64,000 nucleotides of DNA, taken from IMG/VR virus record IMGVR_UViG_3300011008_000002; one strand, written 5' to 3'. Under the pieces are notes generated by a model that was not told the origin of the DNA, ran no database searches, and worked only from the letters and a program-made list of their open reading frames with translations. This DNA comes from a virus. Taxonomy: Duplodnaviria > Caudoviricetes. Both the position numbers and the translations under genes were made by a program. Shown here piece by piece: positions 59,271-64,000 of the stretch; the first letter of the stretch is position 1; every line of letters starts with the position of its first letter.

Positions 59271-59528
59271 CTAGATAGGACCATCATCAATTACACACAA
59301 CGCGAAGAGGAAAACGACAATTAGGAATATTATTAAGGCAGTTTGCTTCAGCTTGTACTTCCTTGCCCAAACCCAAAATTCATCGGGTCCGTCATAATAT
59401 TCATACTCCTCTCTTAAGTTATATTCGTTCGCAAACCGAACAAGCTTCCACCGCCTAATCTCACGGTGGTACAGTACAAATCTCGCAATAAACCGCGCAA
59501 CGAACATCAGAACCCTTTCAAGCATCAT
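59271..59528 (-). CDS. small membrane protein
   Basis: 85 aa, C-terminal TM, SD AAAGGAGG. Confidence 0.65.
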   Translation of the reverse strand: MMLERVLMFVARFIARFVLYHREIRRWKLVRFANEYNLREEYEYYDGPDEFWVWARKYKLKQTALIIFLIVVFLFALCVIDDGPI

Positions 59529-59543
59529 TTGTATTCCCTCCTT

Positions 59544-59855
59544 TCAAGCTGCGAATCTCGCGAACCATTCACGGTCTTCATCCGTAAGATGCGAGTCGAA
59601 ATCCGCATCAACATGCCTGTACCACAGATCATATTCGACATCAGTCTTTCTCTTAAACAACTGATGGGACATGTGGCAGTATTTCCCGAACGACTCGAAG
59701 TCCGTGTGCTCAGACTTCCAAGCCTCAAGGCGTTCCTTAGCGTCATCGTACTGCTTCTCAACGATGCTAATCGCCAGGTCGTACTGCTCTCTAATGGTAA
59801 GCTTCTTGTTAGCGGTAGCAACAATCTTGTCAACCTTCATAATTAATTCAGTCAT
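59544..59855 (-). CDS. hypothetical protein
   Basis: 103 aa, SD AAAGGAG, CATATTAAA variant at 59930-59939. Confidence 0.7.
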   Translation of the reverse strand: MTELIMKVDKIVATANKKLTIREQYDLAISIVEKQYDDAKERLEAWKSEHTDFESFGKYCHMSHQLFKRKTDVEYDLWYRHVDADFDSHLTDEDREWFARFAA

Positions 59856-59966
59856 GACTTTCTCCTTTCGTATATGAAACCATCTCGGAACATAATAAGT
59901 TGTATTACATATTTTTACTATTATACATCTTTAATATGGTTTCAAAATAGCTGCGAAACGGATTTT

Positions 59967-61109
59967 TCATTTAGAGAAGATTGACTTATAAGGAGATTGA
60001 TTATCATATAAAACTTGTTGAGTTCTTGGTTTTATTATTTCAATAGGAAACTGTTTGAAATATTCCTCGTTCATTGCCATCAAGGTATTATCATCATAAT
60101 TATCCTCTAAGCAACCAAGGATTTTATGAATTTCAACAGGTTCGATATCCCTTAACTGAAGTTCCAGATTTGTTGAATGATAATTCCTTTGGAAGATGTC
60201 AACGTAGTCTTCCCTAAGTACAGATTTTAACATATCAATATCTCTGGTATTTTCAGTTATCTTTCCAAGGTCAATTGCTGTATTTATCATTTTAAGAATA
60301 GCAGCTAATCCAACCCCAGATATCTTCGGGATACTTCTATCTGAATCTCCTAATAGAGAAATAATGAACTCAATAAAGTTTGGAGATACCGATAATACGC
60401 TTGAAATCTTATTTCTATCTTTTAACACTTCAATTACATTTTTATCTGTAATCAAGCTTGGGACTTTCTTCTTAATAGATGGGCAAATTATCTTAAATCC
60501 ATAATTAGCGTAGATTAACTCATACGTGTTATTGGATACCAGTATATTCGTATAATTAAACCCATCTTTCTGATAAACCTCTCTATCCAATAAGAGAGGG
60601 ATAACTGATGCCTCGACTCCCAACGGATTTATTAGGTATACCTCATTGACATATTTGATACTGTCTTTGATGAATTTATAAGCTTCTTCCAACCTTTCTA
60701 ATATACACGAAACCTCTATGTTATTCTTACGATAACGGTCATTATGAGTTGTTCGATAGGTCGGAATGTAGATTTTATTTTTATACTCTTCTGGTATAGG
60801 ATAGTTCCAGAAAAGTATTATCCTTGAATCTATATTCTGTTTGGTAAGCCACAATCTGTAGTGTTGACCTAAATTGATGATGTTACTAACTAAGCTTAAA
60901 GAAAACTTATTCATATAATCATCAAACTCATTTACACTCGCAGCCGCTTGAACAAAGTTACTTACTCTTGAAGTCATTATGAGACGAAATACATTCTCTA
61001 GGTTGATGTAGACATTGGCTCGTGTAACTGATTTGTCTAGGATATTCCAACCATCAAGTATCTCGAATTTGACTTTATGCATATTGAATAAGGGATCTAT
61101 AAAATCCAT
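59967..61109 (-). CDS. FEN/T4 RNase H-like 5'-3' nuclease fold (degenerate)
   Basis: H3TH motif LLGDSDRSIPKISGVG, VEAS. Confidence 0.6.
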   Translation of the reverse strand: MDFIDPLFNMHKVKFEILDGWNILDKSVTRANVYINLENVFRLIMTSRVSNFVQAAASVNEFDDYMNKFSLSLVSNIINLGQHYRLWLTKQNIDSRIILFWNYPIPEEYKNKIYIPTYRTTHNDRYRKNNIEVSCILERLEEAYKFIKDSIKYVNEVYLINPLGVEASVIPLLLDREVYQKDGFNYTNILVSNNTYELIYANYGFKIICPSIKKKVPSLITDKNVIEVLKDRNKISSVLSVSPNFIEFIISLLGDSDRSIPKISGVGLAAILKMINTAIDLGKITENTRDIDMLKSVLREDYVDIFQRNYHSTNLELQLRDIEPVEIHKILGCLEDNYDDNTLMAMNEEYFKQFPIEIIKPRTQQVLYDNQSPYKSIFSK

Positions 61110-61122
61110 ACATATCCCTCCT

Positions 61123-61284
61123 TTATCGTTTCTTTTTATTCTTTGTTTTTATAATCTTAGAAATTGACTTCTTCAATTTCTCATCACATAAATCCTCATA
61201 AACCTTATTGTATTTCTTTATTTCCGGGTTTTCAATCCCGATATGAATTACTTCGGTTATTTCATAATTTGGTATTTTTCTCAT
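61123..61284 (-). CDS. small basic protein (53 aa, MRKIPNYE...)
   Basis: Manual translation, SD GAGGTG; its stop abuts the SD of the next gene. Confidence 0.55.
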   Translation of the reverse strand: MRKIPNYEITEVIHIGIENPEIKKYNKVYEDLCDEKLKKSISKIIKTKNKKKR

Positions 61285-61360
61285 ACATTATACACCTCTT
61301 GAACAAAAAAGAGACGAGACACCGAAATGCCTCGTCTCTTTTTTATGTCTTAATAGATAA

Positions 61361-62083
61361 TCAATAACTCCTGCCGCCACCGTTGTTATTCCCGTGCCTG
61401 CCATTCACCAAATTATTCCAATCAGTTGCAATACGGCTGTAGTCTGCGCCACTCTTACCGGATTGAGTCTTGTTCGCCGCAACCTTTGCAACCATAACAT
61501 TGAAATTATTTGTATTCGCAATCGGCGTGACGTGAATAATGGTAAAGTTAAACTGATCATCAGGAGTAACACCCATGACCATCATCATCACTTTCTGCCA
61601 ATCTAATTCCAATGATGCTAAACCACGGTTATGCTGCTCGCTCTTAATGTTCATAATCGGCTTGCCGTTATCACTCAACTTGCACAAAGGTTTGAACGTA
61701 TCATCGAACTCCTTTGATCTTCCGTAAAGTCCGGTCGAATTGTAACTGCCTCCGGCAACTGAAATCATGTTTATCCTGCCGTTTGGTCCCTGGTTATTTC
61801 CCTTCCCACGATAGTAAACGTTCTTACCATTCTGGGTCATGAAATATACCTTTACTGCAAGGTCACTCAAACCTGCTCCACTCCTCGACAATGCCGGCAT
61901 GAACATGACATTGTCAACTTCTGTGATGTGAAGATTATCACGGAAACGCTCCACTAATGCCTTGCCCATCTCATCGGTTGTAGTAGCATAAATCTTACCG
62001 ATAAGCGTCATAGGAATCAATGGATTTAATCCCTGAGCTCCACTTACTTTAGTTGCTCCATCTGTTGTTGCTGTACTTGACAT
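61361..62083 (-). CDS. hypothetical protein with G/N-rich C-terminus
   Basis: 240 aa, SD AAAGGAGG, TATATTAAA 62151-62160, terminator 61305-61344. Confidence 0.85.
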   Translation of the reverse strand: MSSTATTDGATKVSGAQGLNPLIPMTLIGKIYATTTDEMGKALVERFRDNLHITEVDNVMFMPALSRSGAGLSDLAVKVYFMTQNGKNVYYRGKGNNQGPNGRINMISVAGGSYNSTGLYGRSKEFDDTFKPLCKLSDNGKPIMNIKSEQHNRGLASLELDWQKVMMMVMGVTPDDQFNFTIIHVTPIANTNNFNVMVAKVAANKTQSGKSGADYSRIATDWNNLVNGRHGNNNGGGRSY

Positions 62084-62199
62084 TATAATGTCCTCCTTTT
62101 TGAAAGATTTATTAGAAATGAGGTTTAACCGGTATCCTCAAATCTGTCATTTTAATATATAAACAAAATGGACATTGACCATTTAGTTTATCAATTGAT

Positions 62200-63168
62200 T
62201 TAGTAAACTGTATCATTCAGCCTACTAATTAATGAAGTGTATAACGTACTCATTTTATTACTTACCCAAGTTTCCCATTCTCTGTTTGGTGGGCAATATA
62301 CTGGACCTATCTGATAGACTGAATGTAAACCATTCTTTGAGACATAATTACTGGAAATGAGATTTCCCCAATACTGAGTGCAATCATACAATCCATTCCA
62401 GTATGTAGTTTTAACCATACCATAATAATTATGTTTATTCTTGGCTAAGTAAGAAGTTCCGTTACCAGACTCAAGAGAACTAACCGCAATACAGAATGCG
62501 GCATTAACAGAGTATGTTGCCTCTAAATCAATAAGAGTCTGTTCATTTCCTTCCCACCAAGTCCCTTGAGTTAAATACTTATAATCTTCAGCTTTTAACC
62601 CTGTGACAAGACTGACATTGGTCGGATCACAGACAATTGTTGATATATAATTCTTTCTATCGGCATTCTTTTTTTCCTCTGCTTTCTTAGCCTCTTCTTC
62701 CTTCCTACGTTTTTCTTCGGCTTTCTTTCGTTCTTCCTCAGCCTTACGTCTACTCTCTTCTTCAGCTTTACGTTCCTCTTCTAAACGTATTCGTTCAAGT
62801 TCTTTCTCATACTCAACCTCAATCTGATAAGCAATACTGTCTTCGATAGCTTGTTGAGCAGCTACATCTTCCTCAATCAAAGCTCTATCTGTGGCATCTT
62901 CCATATTAGGTACTATATCGTCAATTACACCGATATTCATATTATCAACACTAGCGGCTACAGAAGAGAGCGTAGTTGTTATTGCTTCCTGCGAAACAGT
63001 AAACTCTGTAACAGGAATATTACTACCGATGCTTACTCCCGTTAATGCACCAGCCATCGGTTCTGATTCAGCACTTCCCCATAGTATTGACATTGAAAGA
63101 GCAAGTGCAGTTGAAAATATGACTACTTGATTGACTAGACTACTACCAACCTTCGATAATAAGTTCAT
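62200..63168 (-). CDS. signal-anchored glucosaminidase (GH73/lysozyme-like) with coiled-coil stalk
   Basis: N-terminal hydrophobic segment, EEKRK coiled coil, VNAAFCIAVSSLESGNG...NYYG, YCP. Confidence 0.75.
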   Translation of the reverse strand: MNLLSKVGSSLVNQVVIFSTALALSMSILWGSAESEPMAGALTGVSIGSNIPVTEFTVSQEAITTTLSSVAASVDNMNIGVIDDIVPNMEDATDRALIEEDVAAQQAIEDSIAYQIEVEYEKELERIRLEEERKAEEESRRKAEEERKKAEEKRRKEEEAKKAEEKKNADRKNYISTIVCDPTNVSLVTGLKAEDYKYLTQGTWWEGNEQTLIDLEATYSVNAAFCIAVSSLESGNGTSYLAKNKHNYYGMVKTTYWNGLYDCTQYWGNLISSNYVSKNGLHSVYQIGPVYCPPNREWETWVSNKMSTLYTSLISRLNDTVY

Positions 63169-63243
63169 TGGATAAATCCTCCTTTAGATATTGATTTTTA
63201 ATAATTTCTTACCCTCTCATAAATCAATCGCTTGATTTAATAA

Positions 63244-63258
63244 TTAGGGTGGTCTCAT
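63244..63258 (-). promoter_or_regulatory. upstream mini-ORF MRPP-stop
   Basis: GGAGG-8nt-ATG AGA CCA CCC TAA in the glucosaminidase leader. Confidence 0.45.
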
Positions 63259-63376
63259 AAGCTTTACCTCCATTTACTATTGAGCTAGTTATAGAAAAAG
63301 TTATAAGAGGGAACTGAAACATTTCTGCGTCAATTCCCTCTTATGACCTGTTCTTAATATATACATTAAGCTCAAG

Positions 63377-64000
63377 TCAAACTTTTATATCCGCAATCAA
63401 ATTCTCGATGTAACTCTTAGCCTCTTCTTCCTGTGAAGGAAACTGATTAGGGTACATCTCTTTCAGCATATTGGAATAAACTGACACGTCTCGTTCGAGT
63501 GTTTCCTTTACAGAAACCAACTCTTGTGGTTCGATATCCCGGTATTTTGTTACTTCTTCATCAATAGTCTTTCGCAGAACCGTTTCTCTGGCAATGACAA
63601 CTAAAGCCCCATCGTAATCCCCATCTATCAACTTCCTATTAAAATCATCGTGGACCGTTTTCCCAAGACAAACGAGTTTGTCGAAAACCGCACGTCCCAT
63701 AATCTTTTCTGCCCGCTCAGTACCCGTTTTGGGGAGCTTAAAGCTGAATGGTATTGGAACCTTTGGTGAAGATGGGATATTAAGTCCATTTGACCCCGCA
63801 GGAAAATAATATGATGCTATTTCGATTTGAGGATCAAAAGAATTAATCTCTTGAAATAACTTCTGTGTATCACTGTCAGATAATAAGTAATCTGTTACTA
63901 ACCCTACTTTTTTGGAATTCACATATTCCGAAAATTTCTTAGCACTTGAGTTACTTACGAACTCTACGTATCCATCCAATGCCCAAGATACCCTGTCAGG
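63377..64000 (-). CDS. hypothetical protein (3' part; frame open to window edge)
   Basis: ORF 63377..63979 has no stop up to 64000; hairpin 63303-63344 downstream. Confidence 0.7.
   Translation of the reverse strand, partial: PDRVSWALDGYVEFVSNSSAKKFSEYVNSKKVGLVTDYLLSDSDTQKLFQEINSFDPQIEIASYYFPAGSNGLNIPSSPKVPIPFSFKLPKTGTERAEKIMGRAVFDKLVCLGKTVHDDFNRKLIDGDYDGALVVIARETVLRKTIDEEVTKYRDIEPQELVSVKETLERDVSVYSNMLKEMYPNQFPSQEEEAKSYIENLIADIKV

Larger units (their letters stand above)
5057..63362. promoter_or_regulatory. dispersed promoter motif TATATTAAA
   Basis: - strand: 5057, 7613, 9308, 15763, 22994, 29878, 39430, 52785, 56095, 62151 (variants 59930, 63353); + strand variant 39767; no TTGACA -35 seen. 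Confidence 0.65.

Noticed and set aside
59525-59833. Alternative-frame 102-aa ORF
   Set aside because: Overlaps 59544..59855, which has the SD and a normal composition
1-64000. tRNAs, rRNA, CRISPR arrays, integrase/transposase, inteins, chimallin
   Set aside because: None recognisable by eye; divergent examples cannot be excluded without searches

Overview
A 64-kb AT-rich segment of a jumbo bacteriophage, most like the phiKZ/AR9 multisubunit-RNAP group. Strong AAGGAGG Shine-Dalgarno sites suggest a Bacillota host. Most genes lie on the - strand. Recognisable products: RecA/UvsX (partial), an FtsZ/tubulin-family GTPase (PhuZ/TubZ-like), three split RNA polymerase pieces (beta C-terminal, beta' N-terminal with NADFDGD, beta' C-terminal), type IIA topoisomerase A and B, DnaB, SbcD, a PD-(D/E)xK nuclease, a RecD/Dda helicase, an SPP1-type holin, baseplate/virion proteins, a guanylate kinase-like enzyme, a kinase-fold protein, a minimal PolB-like palm, a dCMP deaminase homolog lacking its catalytic Glu, a FEN/RNase H-like nuclease and a glucosaminidase. 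Two promoter-like motifs can be read directly: (A/C/T)ACA-N6-TA (about 18 copies) and TATATTAAA (about 12 copies). The most unusual content is non-coding or recoded: (1) a ~500-nt structured RNA at the end of the kinase/HEH/PolB-like operon; (2) several promoter- and hairpin-delimited small RNA candidates, some complementary to ribosome-binding regions; (3) two paralogous 'MELD' peptide genes, each broken at the tip of an internal hairpin, one repairable by inverting the loop; (4) an ORF whose 5' and 3' UTRs pair with each other. All assignments come from motif reading by eye; no searches or folding programs were run.
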